From the IMG/VR virus record IMGVR_UViG_3300037851_001367: a stretch of 64,000 nucleotides of DNA, one strand, 5' to 3'. Position numbers and translations under genes: made by a program. Position 1 is the first letter of the stretch, and every line of letters begins with the position of its first letter. Origin of the DNA: an uncultured virus (IMG/VR IMGVR_UViG_3300037851_001367) (lineage: Duplodnaviria > Heunggongvirae > Uroviricota > Caudoviricetes). The notes beneath the pieces are model-generated. The model had not been told where the DNA came from. It made no database searches and worked only from the letters and a program-made list of their open reading frames with translations. Shown in pieces: positions 18,089-27,448 of the stretch.

Positions 18089-18375
18089 TGGGCTGGTCGG
18101 TCTACGTCCTCGACAACGTCAACAAGCTCGGCTTCGAGATTGGTGAGAAGTGGGCTTCCGGCTTCCCGGTCGAGGCCGTCCTCACGAAGGAGTCCATGGT
18201 CGCCGAGCTGCGCCGCCGCCTTGCGGAGCGCTCGGAGGACGCCATCGACGAGCTCGCTCAGAACGTGTTCCTGGTCGCGCAGCACGCGGGCTTCGACGTC
18301 CGGATTGCCGAGGGGCAGGAGCTCCCCGAAGGCTTTCGGTACGTCGGCGGGTTCTGGAACGGAGTGCTCTGGTGA
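18088..18375 (+). CDS. hypothetical protein
   Basis: TGATG overlap. Confidence 0.7.
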   Translation: MGWSVYVLDNVNKLGFEIGEKWASGFPVEAVLTKESMVAELRRRLAERSEDAIDELAQNVFLVAQHAGFDVRIAEGQELPEGFRYVGGFWNGVLW

Positions 18376-18611
18376 GCGTCAAGGTCTCCCTCGTCCGCGT
18401 CCTCTCAGAGCTGACCGAGGAGGAGGCCCGCGCCGTCTACGACGCCATCTCCCAGTGGGCTGACAATGAGCGCAACGGACTGGAAGAGGACTGCCCGCAC
18501 ACCGAGCCCGAGCGCCTGGCGCACGACGTCCGCAAGTGGGAGGTGTCCCTCGTCGAGGGCGTCGTCGAAAAGCTTGACGCCGAGTTCGTAAAGCTCGCGG
18601 AGTCCGGATGA
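18372..18611 (+). CDS. hypothetical protein
   Basis: GTGA overlap. Confidence 0.65.
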   Translation: MSVKVSLVRVLSELTEEEARAVYDAISQWADNERNGLEEDCPHTEPERLAHDVRKWEVSLVEGVVEKLDAEFVKLAESG

Positions 18612-18841
18612 AAGCGTACTGCCACGACAACACGCCGGCCAAGCCCGGTGAGAAGCACGGGGAGCGCGGACCCACGCACTGCGCGACCATCACCGTCGAC
18701 TACGAATATCAGGTCGAGCAGTGGGTCATCGAGCTGGAGAAGTACGAGCCCAGGGTCGTTCGCGTCGAGTGCCCCGAGCTTGGCCGGGAATGGCGCCGCA
18801 ACGAGCACGGTAAGTTCACGGAGGTAACAGGTCCGTCATGA
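18608..18841 (+). CDS. hypothetical protein
   Basis: ATGA overlap. Confidence 0.7.
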   Translation: MKAYCHDNTPAKPGEKHGERGPTHCATITVDYEYQVEQWVIELEKYEPRVVRVECPELGREWRRNEHGKFTEVTGPS

Positions 18842-19074
18842 AGAAGTCCGCCGTCCTCTCCCTCGTCGCGCTCGCCGTCGCGCTCGCGTCCGCCCCGTCC
18901 GAGTCCCAGACGCCGTCGCACGCTTGCTTCTCCGACTGCTCGTCGTGCGTCGTGCGGTGCCGGCGCGCCGACGACCGCGCGTCGTGCGAGCGCACCTGCC
19001 GCGAAATCAAGCGCTCGTGCTGCCGGTCCGCCGGAAAGGGTCCCGGCCCGCTCGTCACCTGCGGGTGCACATGA
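18838..19074 (+). CDS. small secreted Cys-rich protein
   Basis: Sec-type signal MKKSAVLSLVALAVALASA followed by 10 Cys in about 50 aa. Confidence 0.75.
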   Translation: MKKSAVLSLVALAVALASAPSESQTPSHACFSDCSSCVVRCRRADDRASCERTCREIKRSCCRSAGKGPGPLVTCGCT

Positions 19075-19265
19075 GCCCCGACGACGAGGCGAGAATAGTC
19101 CGGGAGACCCTGGAGGCCTTTCCTCGCTGCAAGGAGCCCGACTGTCACGAGCCGTCCTCGACGGTCATCCTCGCCCCGGACGGGGAGGTTCTCTTCATCC
19201 TGTGCCGCAAGTGTGCCCCGAAGCACGCCCAGTACGATTCGCTCGTGATGAAAGTTCGATCCTGA
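19071..19265 (+). CDS. small Zn-binding hypothetical protein
   Basis: EAFPRCxxxxC...CRKC; resembles 25169-25417. Confidence 0.6.
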   Translation: MSPDDEARIVRETLEAFPRCKEPDCHEPSSTVILAPDGEVLFILCRKCAPKHAQYDSLVMKVRS

Positions 19266-19282
19266 CCGTCGTACTCGATCGC

Positions 19283-19879
19283 ATGCCCCGACGCGAACCT
19301 CGACAGTCGCCGCTCGAACTGTTCCCTCCCGCGCCAGGAAAGCCGCCGGAGACGGACCTGCGGCCCGTGTCGCGCGACGTAAAGCGCTGCGTCACCGTCG
19401 TCACCCTGTATCCCGACTGGGACCGGGCGAACGCCGTGAAGTGGCTCATCATGGGGGCGGCCAGCATCTCGAAGGAGAACCGCGAGGGGCAGTTCCGTCT
19501 GGAGGCCCGCTTCTGCGAGGGCGTCACGGACTTCGAGCACGACTCGGCCTACGTCTGCCGGCTCCCGCTCATCGGCCTCACCATGGGGGACCTGTTCGTG
19601 TACAACCACCACATCCACTTCGTGGCCTGGGTGGACCCGAACGATCCTGAGGGCTTTCACGTTCCCGGCCCCGGCTACGACCCCCGCAAGGAGGACGGCG
19701 CCTACCGGTGCAAGGACGGGCACTGCAAAAAGGACAATGGGGGCAAGGGGCACATGATAGTCCCCGAGGGCTTCTACGTGCCTCCCTTCAACGCCGACCT
19801 GTACAAGATGGTCCGCGGCAAGAAGGTCGAGATCCGCATGGGCCCCGTGTTCGAGGATCCCGATGACAACGAAGAGTGA
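19283..19879 (+). CDS. hypothetical protein
   Basis: ATG 8 nt after GAAAGTT-N13-CGTAC (19250-19274). Confidence 0.75.
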   Translation: MPRREPRQSPLELFPPAPGKPPETDLRPVSRDVKRCVTVVTLYPDWDRANAVKWLIMGAASISKENREGQFRLEARFCEGVTDFEHDSAYVCRLPLIGLTMGDLFVYNHHIHFVAWVDPNDPEGFHVPGPGYDPRKEDGAYRCKDGHCKKDNGGKGHMIVPEGFYVPPFNADLYKMVRGKKVEIRMGPVFEDPDDNEE

Positions 19880-22187
19880 CAGAGCGGAGATCGTCCACGT
19901 CATCCCCGAGCCTGCGAAACGGTCCGAGGAGATCCCGGCCGGCTCCGACCCGGACGCGCCCGCGGTCGGCAAGTGGTACTGGGTGAAGCCCGAAGCGTCC
20001 GAGGACGGGGAGCCGGAGCCTGCCCGGCTCTCGTGCGTCGTGCACGTGGGCTCCAACTACGCCGAGTTCCGCGCGGCGGGGTCCCGCAACTACGTCGAGC
20101 GCATCCACCTCAACGACTTCTGGGAACGGTGCACGCCCGAGCGGAACCCTGACGCGGTCATCGCAGGGGAGATTCGCTCACGGCAGACGAAGGTCATGGG
20201 CCTCATGAAGAAGGCCCAGGAGCTGACCGCGCGCTTGGCCATCACTCCCGGCCTCGCCCTTCCCGGCGCCGACCAGCCGTCGGAGACGCAGGCCCTCGCC
20301 CTCCGGGGCAACGACCAGCCCGTCGAGGAGTATAAGGCGGCCTTGGTCAAGGCCAAGGACGAGACCCTCCCCGAGATCTTCAAGGAGATCGAGAACACGA
20401 ACCACGCCCTCGCCTGCTGGATGAAGTCCTCGCTCATTCCGCTGGAGGCTCAGGCCAGGGCGATGGAGCCGGTGATCGGCAAGATCAAGGAGCGCATCTT
20501 TAGCGTAGAGCTCTACGCCGGGCTGACCGAGCAGGTCGAGCAGGTCCGAAAGGGAGACCCCGCCCCGCTGGAGACGAAGGTCCACCTCCTGCAGCGCCGC
20601 CACTACATGGACGAGGAGTGCCTCGCCAACTATCAGACCGGGGGCATGGACTTCAAGGGCATTCGCGGCTTCGACAGGTGGCTGGGCAAGAAGGAGAACC
20701 TGGAGCGCATCCTTCCCTTCCCGAGGTGCATCGTCGCCTTCCAAGTGCGCCGTCACGGCAAACACCGCGAGTGGCACAACGTCGCGGAGTTCTTCAAGAT
20801 CGCCGACGAGGCCCAGCTCGACAAGATGACGTTCCTCTACGTCCGTAATGGCGGGCAGCTCTTCCGGCTCTCCACCGAGATCGACTTCGGGGCGCAGCTG
20901 TTTCCGGACCTTTCCGAGGACATGCTCGGAGGGAAGCTTTACGCGAAGGTCCGCTCCGGCGACGTCGGCGACATCATCACCGAGGCGCAATACCTCGGCA
21001 TGGTCGAGGAGGAAGAGCGGAAGATCCGCGAGGCGCGTGAGAAGCTCCGGACCTGCAAGAAGGAGGACCGCTGGAAGTACCAGTCCGAGGCGGACGGCCA
21101 CTACTTCCGGGAGTCCCGCTATTACGAGCCCTTTTCGCCCGAGAGCGTCTACCACGACGACATTCTGAAGGAGCTCCAGGACAAGATGAACCGGCACAAC
21201 CGGCTCGTCCTCGTCCTGCAGGGTCTCCTCGACCGCTCTCCCGTCCTGCACCCGCACCCGCCGTGGTCCCTGTGGAACGCGGCCTCCTTCCGCGCCGCCC
21301 TGGAGCTCGTCTATGACGATTCCCGCGCCCTGACGCCCGGCGACGCCCCGGACTTCGAGGCATACCGGTCGAGGCTCAACGAAAGCCTCCGGGCCGGCTC
21401 CGTGACCATCGGTCAGGACGACGCCTGGGCAAGGGCGGAGGCGCGCAAGGAAAACAAGCGCCTCGACGAGGATCACCGTACGCGCCGCTCGGACTTCCGT
21501 CACAAGCACTACCGTCCTTACGGAAACCCCGGGCCGGGAGTCCTCGCGCGCGTCCACCAGTATCAGCCAAAGGCCGGGAAGGTCACCTACGCCTGGAACC
21601 GGGAGCGCCAGACCCGCGGCGACGACGGGCCGACCGAGATTCGCTGCACCTTCTCCTGCGACACGAGGAAGGTTCTCAACGTCGACGCGTACAAGCCCGG
21701 CGACTTCAAGATCTTCTTCTCCGACCCGCGCACGCGCGCCGACTACCTTAAGTGGGCCCCGCTCCTGCTGGAGGCCGAGGAGTACCACGCCGGCAACCGG
21801 AAGGTCGCCGAGGTCCCGCCCGCGCCCAAGCCAAAGGCTCCGACGTGGGAGGGCCAGCGGAGGTACGCGTGGCGCAAGCAGCGCAAAGAGCTAATGGGCA
21901 AGGCCGTCCGCCTCACGCGCAACGTCACGATGAAGAGCGGGACGGTCTACAAGGCCGGCTCCCTCTGGCGCGTCGTCGACGGCAAGGGTCGCGAACTCTC
22001 CGTCCGCGGCATCAAGGACGACGGCACCTGGGAGCCCCACGTCGACGGACACACGCGCTGGGTCACCAACCTCGACTTCGAGGAAGTCACTCCCGCGTCC
22101 GACATCCCGGACCTCCCGAAGAAGGAGCCCGCCGAGCGCGACGTGTACGATGACCTGGAGGACGAATATGACGAGGACGATGACTGA
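19863..22187 (+). CDS. large hypothetical protein (774 aa, coiled-coil segments)
   Basis: long ORF with GC-rich third codon positions; no motif recognised. Confidence 0.85.
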   Translation: MTTKSDRAEIVHVIPEPAKRSEEIPAGSDPDAPAVGKWYWVKPEASEDGEPEPARLSCVVHVGSNYAEFRAAGSRNYVERIHLNDFWERCTPERNPDAVIAGEIRSRQTKVMGLMKKAQELTARLAITPGLALPGADQPSETQALALRGNDQPVEEYKAALVKAKDETLPEIFKEIENTNHALACWMKSSLIPLEAQARAMEPVIGKIKERIFSVELYAGLTEQVEQVRKGDPAPLETKVHLLQRRHYMDEECLANYQTGGMDFKGIRGFDRWLGKKENLERILPFPRCIVAFQVRRHGKHREWHNVAEFFKIADEAQLDKMTFLYVRNGGQLFRLSTEIDFGAQLFPDLSEDMLGGKLYAKVRSGDVGDIITEAQYLGMVEEEERKIREAREKLRTCKKEDRWKYQSEADGHYFRESRYYEPFSPESVYHDDILKELQDKMNRHNRLVLVLQGLLDRSPVLHPHPPWSLWNAASFRAALELVYDDSRALTPGDAPDFEAYRSRLNESLRAGSVTIGQDDAWARAEARKENKRLDEDHRTRRSDFRHKHYRPYGNPGPGVLARVHQYQPKAGKVTYAWNRERQTRGDDGPTEIRCTFSCDTRKVLNVDAYKPGDFKIFFSDPRTRADYLKWAPLLLEAEEYHAGNRKVAEVPPAPKPKAPTWEGQRRYAWRKQRKELMGKAVRLTRNVTMKSGTVYKAGSLWRVVDGKGRELSVRGIKDDGTWEPHVDGHTRWVTNLDFEEVTPASDIPDLPKKEPAERDVYDDLEDEYDEDDD

Positions 22188-22401
22188 GCTGTCTCCCCTG
22201 CGCTCATGCTCCGTATGTCAGTACGAGCTAAAGTCCACAGGGGAGGTCGGGACTTCCATCGGCTGGCTTCCGGGTCCGGAAGAGGATGGCAGAGTCCACC
22301 GTCACGACCCCAACCATTACTCCCAGACCTTCAGGTGCTCGAACGGCCACGAGCTGACCATCCATTACAAGAAGGCCTGCTGGTGCGAGGGCGCCGTCTG
22401 A
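22168..22401 (+). CDS. small Cys/His-rich protein
   Basis: CSVC...CSNGH...CWC. Confidence 0.6.
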   Translation: MTRTMTELSPLRSCSVCQYELKSTGEVGTSIGWLPGPEEDGRVHRHDPNHYSQTFRCSNGHELTIHYKKACWCEGAV

Positions 22402-22408
22402 CCGGCGC

Positions 22409-22447
22409 GTAGCTCGACCGCGCGCGCCCGTACCGGGCGGTGGAGGT
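22409..22447 (+). promoter_or_regulatory. ECF-like repeated promoter plus RBS
   Basis: GTAGCTC-N13-CGTAC-N8-GGAGGT. Confidence 0.75.
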
Positions 22448-22453
22448 ACGACG

Positions 22454-22813
22454 ATGGCGAAGGAGACCGAGCAGACCGCGATTCTGAACGTCATGGCGCT
22501 GAACGAGGACACGAGCGAGGCCCTGCGCGGCAAGCGCGTCTCGTTCACCGGGCACCTCGGCATGACGCGCGCCGAGATGGTGAAGTTCATCCAGGACCAC
22601 GGCGGCACGTTCGACGAGCGCCCGAAGTGGGGCACCCACTTCCTCGTGACGAACCGCGACTGGAACAAGGGCAGCACCGTCACGGAGAAGAAGTCCTCGA
22701 AGCTCATCGAGGCCGAGAAGCTCGGCGTCAAGATCATCTCCGAGAAGGATCTCGTCGAGATGGTCTGGAAGTACCAGGAGGCGAACCCTCAGCAGAAGGC
22801 GTCCGGCGAATGA
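22454..22813 (+). CDS. stand-alone BRCT domain protein
   Basis: LRGKRVSFTG...RAEM...HGG...THFLV...SSKLIEAEKLGVKIISE, the LigA-type BRCT pattern. Confidence 0.85.
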   Translation: MAKETEQTAILNVMALNEDTSEALRGKRVSFTGHLGMTRAEMVKFIQDHGGTFDERPKWGTHFLVTNRDWNKGSTVTEKKSSKLIEAEKLGVKIISEKDLVEMVWKYQEANPQQKASGE

Positions 22814-23043
22814 TGCCCAGGCTCCACGCCCCGGGGTGCCGGTACGAGGGGACCGATCAGCCGTGCGGATCCTCCGCCTGCCATGCGGTCGTCCTTCAGG
22901 AGGTCCGCGTGCTGCTGACCGACGCGTACACCATCTTCGGCGGGGTAGAGCCCGACGGGCGCCTCAAGCTCGACTCTCTCGGCGAGGTCTGGCGCCGGAA
23001 GTACGAGAAGCTGATCGCGCACGTGAAGCCATGCGGCAACTGA
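22810..23043 (+). CDS. hypothetical protein
   Basis: ATGA overlap. Confidence 0.55.
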   Translation: MMPRLHAPGCRYEGTDQPCGSSACHAVVLQEVRVLLTDAYTIFGGVEPDGRLKLDSLGEVWRRKYEKLIAHVKPCGN

Positions 23044-23161
23044 CCTTCATTCACCTCTTCCTTCGCGGATTCCGCGATCACTGCTTCACCTGCAGGCCCC
23101 TGGCGGACCGGCGCTTTCACAAGGCGGCCTGTCCGCTCGACCCGTTCGAGGACTGGAAGAG

Positions 23162-24106
23162 ATGAGCTCCGAGACCGTCAAACAAGCCACGCCGAAAGTC
23201 CTGTCCTACGGGGGCGGGCTCGACTCATTCGCAATGCTCTTGTCCGCCATCGAGCGCGGCGAGAAGCCCGACGTGGTCGTCTTCATGGACGTCGGCGACG
23301 GCTCGCCGGAGGCCGACGGACAGGATCCGGCCGAGTGGCCCAGCACCTACCGCCACATCCGCGAGCACGTGATGCCCCTCTGCGAGGAGCATGGCATCGA
23401 GTTCGTCTGGATGACGACCGCCGAGTGGCCGGTCCGCAACGCCCGCTCCCTCTTCTCCTGGATGGAGGCTCGCGGCCAGATTCCCGTGTCCGGTCCCAAG
23501 CGGATCTGCACCATCGTCGCGAAGGTCGAGCGCTTCGAGCGCTGGATGGACTCCCGCTGGCCGGGCCAGGAGGTCGAGGTCTGGATCGGCTTCGACGCCG
23601 ACGAGGCCAAGCGTGCGGCTAACGACCCGAACGCGGGGACCGGCCGCAAGCTCAAGCCGGGACAGGCGGTCCGGCGCAACCGGTTCCCGCTCATGGAGTG
23701 GGGCCTCTGCCGATGCCGCTGCGAGGCGTACGTCAGGGGGCTCGGAAAGCCCGTTCCCCGCAAGTCCGCCTGCGTGTTCTGTCCCTACGCCACCAAGGCC
23801 GACTTCAAGACCTTCGCCCGAGAGCTCCCCGAGCAGTGGGATAAGGTCGTCGCCCTGGAGGCTAACAAGCCGATGACGAAGGCCACGGATAAGAAGATGT
23901 CCAAGAAGCTTTCCATCAAGGGATTCCGGACCCTAAAGGACAAGAGGACGGGCCAGGAGACCGGCTACCGCCACACCCCGCTTCCACTTTACATCCAGAA
24001 GCCCGAGAAGCCCGCTCCGCAGAAGCCCTGCGGCGTGTGCGGCGCGCAGGTTCGCGCCACGAAGGCGACCGGGTGTAGCTTCCTGGAAGATGAGCGAGCA
24101 GCCTGA
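23162..24106 (+). CDS. PAPS reductase-like (PP-loop/HUP) protein
   Basis: VLSYGGGLDS PP-loop, CT...K, WIGFDADE..R, FPLMEW, PRKSACVFCPY. Confidence 0.8.
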   Translation: MSSETVKQATPKVLSYGGGLDSFAMLLSAIERGEKPDVVVFMDVGDGSPEADGQDPAEWPSTYRHIREHVMPLCEEHGIEFVWMTTAEWPVRNARSLFSWMEARGQIPVSGPKRICTIVAKVERFERWMDSRWPGQEVEVWIGFDADEAKRAANDPNAGTGRKLKPGQAVRRNRFPLMEWGLCRCRCEAYVRGLGKPVPRKSACVFCPYATKADFKTFARELPEQWDKVVALEANKPMTKATDKKMSKKLSIKGFRTLKDKRTGQETGYRHTPLPLYIQKPEKPAPQKPCGVCGAQVRATKATGCSFLEDERAA

Positions 24107-24491
24107 CAAGTGCGGCGAGTGCGGCGGGACTGGAGAGGTGGAGGACGACGGGACGGGAGCCTTGGGATACGTCGTCAAGAAGCCGTGCCCGGCGTGTCCT
24201 CCAGCCCGCCCGCTGACGTTCGAGACTCACCAGCTCCCGATGGTGACGCCGGACTTCAAGCTGGACGCTATCAGCCCTGACGACGAACCGTTCTGGATGA
24301 TCGGCACCCCTTATGAGTCCGACTCCGGCAGCAGCCCCTTCCTGCTCGACCGCGCCGGCATGTACGCGCTCATCGAGCAGTGCCAGAAGGCGCTCGGCGA
24401 CTACTACGCTAAGCACCCGCTCTCCCCCGAGGACGCCGACGTCAGCCAGATGAGGCCGGGCCGGCCGAAAGCTCGCCCGCCCCTGCGGTAA
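24090..24491 (+). CDS. hypothetical protein with CxxCxGxG finger
   Basis: CGECGGTG...CPAC. Confidence 0.7.
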   Translation: MSEQPDKCGECGGTGEVEDDGTGALGYVVKKPCPACPPARPLTFETHQLPMVTPDFKLDAISPDDEPFWMIGTPYESDSGSSPFLLDRAGMYALIEQCQKALGDYYAKHPLSPEDADVSQMRPGRPKARPPLR

Positions 24492-24499
24492 CCGAGAGC

Positions 24500-25201
24500 A
24501 TGAAGCTGGACGGGATCGTCGTCGACGGCTCCGAGGAGAAGGAGAAAGTCCGCGAGCTCGTCGCCGGGCTTCGCCTCCTGAGGGCGTACGGGAAGCTCGC
24601 CGAACGAGCTCTCCGGGACATACGCAACGGCAAGGACCTGTCTGCGACCCTTCCGCTCGTCGAACGCCGGGGGAACTCCTCAAACGGCCAGTATGAGCTG
24701 TCCACCGTCCCGGTTCACAGCTCGGTGTCCGTTCCGGTCCTGCCGGACTACTCCACGCTCGGGCTCAAGATTGAGCGCATGAAGGACGACAACGGCGTCC
24801 TCGACAAGGGTTATCTGGTCTACCTCGTGGCCGAGGCGACCGTCGCCCTGGCGGTGCTCCCGCACGGGCACGTCCGGCCCGTCGCGTTCGGGCAGGGAGT
24901 CAGCGACGGGATCGTCGGGTCGGTCCGGCCGACGAAGGGCGGCTGCGCCTGGTCGTTTTCGAGCTCGAACACCAAGCGCACGCAGACGGCGGTGAGGGAA
25001 GCTCTAGCCCGATCCTGCTCCAGGATCCTGGTGAAGCTGGCTGCCAGCGGCCACGGCGGGCTGGGGTACTCTAAAGCTAAGCAAGTGCACGAGACGCTCC
25101 GGCTCCGGGCCGAGGCAAAGCTCCTTTTGGACGGGTACGCTGAGCGCTTCCGTCGGGACGTCGAGGCGTCAGTTACGGTTGACGCGGTTCACGCCCTCTG
25201 A
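24500..25201 (+). CDS. hypothetical protein with C-terminal tag (VDAVHAL)
   Basis: ATG 8 nt after GAAAGCT-N13-GGTAA (24467-24491). Confidence 0.8.
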   Translation: MKLDGIVVDGSEEKEKVRELVAGLRLLRAYGKLAERALRDIRNGKDLSATLPLVERRGNSSNGQYELSTVPVHSSVSVPVLPDYSTLGLKIERMKDDNGVLDKGYLVYLVAEATVALAVLPHGHVRPVAFGQGVSDGIVGSVRPTKGGCAWSFSSSNTKRTQTAVREALARSCSRILVKLAASGHGGLGYSKAKQVHETLRLRAEAKLLLDGYAERFRRDVEASVTVDAVHAL

Positions 25202-25417
25202 GAACGCCTCGTCCTGTTCGAGCAGCACGGCCACCGCCGTGTAGACAGGCCCTCGCAGGTCGAGCGCCGGGGGCGTGTCCGAGCACGGCATCCTGATGAA
25301 GCACTCCTCGCACATCCACCAACGGTCGTGGTTCATCACGACGGCGACGTTCTTGTTGCAGTCACAACACCTGGGCAGCGCCTCGAAGAGGCCGCGGAGA
25401 GCCTTGACCGGGTCCAT
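25169..25417 (-). CDS. small Zn-binding hypothetical protein
   Basis: EALPRCCDC...CEEC. Confidence 0.6.
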   Translation of the reverse strand: MDPVKALRGLFEALPRCCDCNKNVAVVMNHDRWWMCEECFIRMPCSDTPPALDLRGPVYTAVAVLLEQDEAFSEGVNRVNRN

Positions 25418-25418
25418 G

Positions 25419-25607
25419 TCACTTCTCCGAGAAGGGGTCCCGCTCCGCGGCAAACCCGTTCCAGCTCTCGTTGCATATGGAGCAGACCCACGTCGCCTCG
25501 TCTGCGACCTCGTGGATTACCTCTACGTGGAAGTACGTGATCCACCGGCACACGCTGCACCGGACGGGGATTCGCTCTTCCTCGCAGTCCGGGTGCACGA
25601 ACTCCAT
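25419..25607 (-). CDS. small Zn-ribbon protein
   Basis: CSVC...WVCSIC. Confidence 0.6.
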   Translation of the reverse strand: MEFVHPDCEEERIPVRCSVCRWITYFHVEVIHEVADEATWVCSICNESWNGFAAERDPFSEK

Positions 25608-25611
25608 ACCA

Positions 25612-25634
25612 TTCCAATTGTATAACAATTGGAA
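25612..25634. repeat. perfect AT-rich inverted repeat
   Basis: TTCCAATTGT-ATA-ACAATTGGAA. Confidence 0.8.
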
Positions 25635-25641
25635 AGTAAAA

Positions 25642-25860
25642 TTACTGCCGGGACGTCACCTCCAGTACGGGGTCCGACGGCGGAGCTTTCGGCTCCTCCG
25701 CCTTCGGGGATGGGTCGACGACCGTGACGGGCTCTCCAGCGTCGGCCGCGCCGCGGCACTGCGAGATCACCATCACGATTGGCGGCTCCGGCGGGAGCGG
25801 TTGTTGAACACACGCGTCCACCGCCGCGAGCCACAAGCCCAGCGTAATATACTGCCTCAT
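25642..25860 (-). CDS. possible exported small protein
   Basis: MRQYITLGLWLAAVDAC..., GGAGGT RBS. Confidence 0.55.
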   Translation of the reverse strand: MRQYITLGLWLAAVDACVQQPLPPEPPIVMVISQCRGAADAGEPVTVVDPSPKAEEPKAPPSDPVLEVTSRQ

Positions 25861-25914
25861 CTGTCGCCACCTCCACTTAGGGGGACTGATAAACGGCCGC
25901 TGTACCTTGCAGGT

Positions 25915-26205
25915 ATGGCGTCCGACCCTCTCTTTGAGAGACTGTGGCCGGCGTTCACCAAGGAAATGGAGAAGCGGGCGGCAAAGGTTCGGGAGGCAAG
26001 GCGCCGGGAAAGGCTGTTCCCTGGGGCGGAAGCGGTCGTCCGGTTTCGTTCGGGAGGCCGAGACTACACGTTCGCCCGGATGCCCGACGGGAGCGTCCGG
26101 GCCGCCTTGAACGACAGGGTCCTGGAGAGGCCTCCGAAGGCCGTCCTCCGTTTTGCCCGGAGGATGATGGCGCAGCAGGACGTCGACGCGGTCCACGGGC
26201 TGTAA
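25915..26205 (+). CDS. hypothetical protein with C-terminal tag (VDAVHGL)
   Basis: MASDPLFERLW...; promoter 25881-25905. Confidence 0.75.
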   Translation: MASDPLFERLWPAFTKEMEKRAAKVREARRRERLFPGAEAVVRFRSGGRDYTFARMPDGSVRAALNDRVLERPPKAVLRFARRMMAQQDVDAVHGL

Positions 26206-26245
26206 CTCGGCCCGGCGCGGGCGTACGTTCGATCGGAGGTCATCG

Positions 26246-27448
26246 ATGCCCGCGCTGGTCGAAGGTTCGCCGGTCTACATCAAGGGTTCTGGCGCCAAGC
26301 CGTACGAGCTGAAGAACGTCGGCGGGGTGTACTCCTGCACCTGCCCCGCCTGGCGCAACCAGGGGGTCCCGATCGACAAGCGGACCTGCAAACACCTGAA
26401 GGCCCACTGCGGGGACGCCTCGGAGGCCGCCCGCGTCGGCGGTCAGAGCGCCCAGCCCGCCCTCGGGACCGCCCCGACCGCGGCGACGGTGTGCAACACA
26501 ACCAAGGTCCCCCTGATGGAGGTCATCGCCGAGGTGACCGACAAGGCCGCGGCGGTGCAGACCGTCAACGGGCGTGTCGTGACGGCCGACGCCTCGTACG
26601 CCCAGACCATCCTCGACCGCGCCGCCAAGGACGGGCGCAAGCTCCGACAGGACGAGAAGACCAAGCTCCACGGACCTCCGGTCCTCCTCGCCCACAAGTT
26701 CGACGACTTCGAGGACCTCGACCCGACGGGCTGGCTCTACTCCGAGAAGCTCGACGGCGTCCGGGCCTGGTGGGACGGCAAGAACTTCATCTCCCGCCAG
26801 GGCAACGTCTTCCACGCGCCCGACTGGTTCAAGGCCGGCCTGCCCGACCACCTGCTCGACGGCGAGCTGTGGATCGACCGCGGCAAGTTCCAGGCGACCA
26901 TCGCAGTCGTCAAGCGCCTCGACGGCGGCGACATGTGGAAGTCCGTCAAGTACGTCGTCTTCGACGCGCCGCACCTCACGGACAAAGGGTTCGAGGACCG
27001 CCTGGAGGCGTTGGAGGCCGTCTGCCTCGCCTCGGGGAACCAGTTCCTCAAGTTCCACCCACACCACAAGGTCCAGTCTCGCAAGCACCTGCTCGACGAG
27101 CTGAAGGAGGTCGCAGCGCTCGGCGGCGAGGGCCTCATGATCCGCAAGCCCGGCGCGCTCTACGAGGCCGGCCGCTCGGCCACCATCCTCAAGGTCAAGC
27201 CCTGGGACGACGCGGAGGCGGAGGTCGTCGGCTACGAGCCCGGCAAGGGCCGCCACAAGGGTGTCGTGGGCGGGCTCATCGTCCGGATGCCCAACGGCAA
27301 GGAGTTCAACCTTGGGACCGGCCTGACGGACGCCGAACGCCGCAATCCCCCGAAGATCGGCGCGAAGGTCACGTACCGCTACACCGGAATGACGGACGCC
27401 GGGATCCCGAAGTGCACCGGGTTCATCTGCGTTCGTGACTACGAATGA
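26246..27448 (+). CDS. lig: ATP-dependent DNA ligase with N-terminal SWIM zinc finger
   Basis: SWIM CTC...CKH; motif I SEKLDG, LDGELW, VVFDA, GEGLMIR, LKVK, C-terminal OB fold; promoter 26202-26226. Confidence 0.92.
   Translation: MPALVEGSPVYIKGSGAKPYELKNVGGVYSCTCPAWRNQGVPIDKRTCKHLKAHCGDASEAARVGGQSAQPALGTAPTAATVCNTTKVPLMEVIAEVTDKAAAVQTVNGRVVTADASYAQTILDRAAKDGRKLRQDEKTKLHGPPVLLAHKFDDFEDLDPTGWLYSEKLDGVRAWWDGKNFISRQGNVFHAPDWFKAGLPDHLLDGELWIDRGKFQATIAVVKRLDGGDMWKSVKYVVFDAPHLTDKGFEDRLEALEAVCLASGNQFLKFHPHHKVQSRKHLLDELKEVAALGGEGLMIRKPGALYEAGRSATILKVKPWDDAEAEVVGYEPGKGRHKGVVGGLIVRMPNGKEFNLGTGLTDAERRNPPKIGAKVTYRYTGMTDAGIPKCTGFICVRDYE

Noticed and set aside
25615..25630. Resemblance to lac operator ends (AATTGT...ACAATT), suggesting vector contamination
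   Set aside because: The central GAGCGGAT is absent and no vector sequence flanks it
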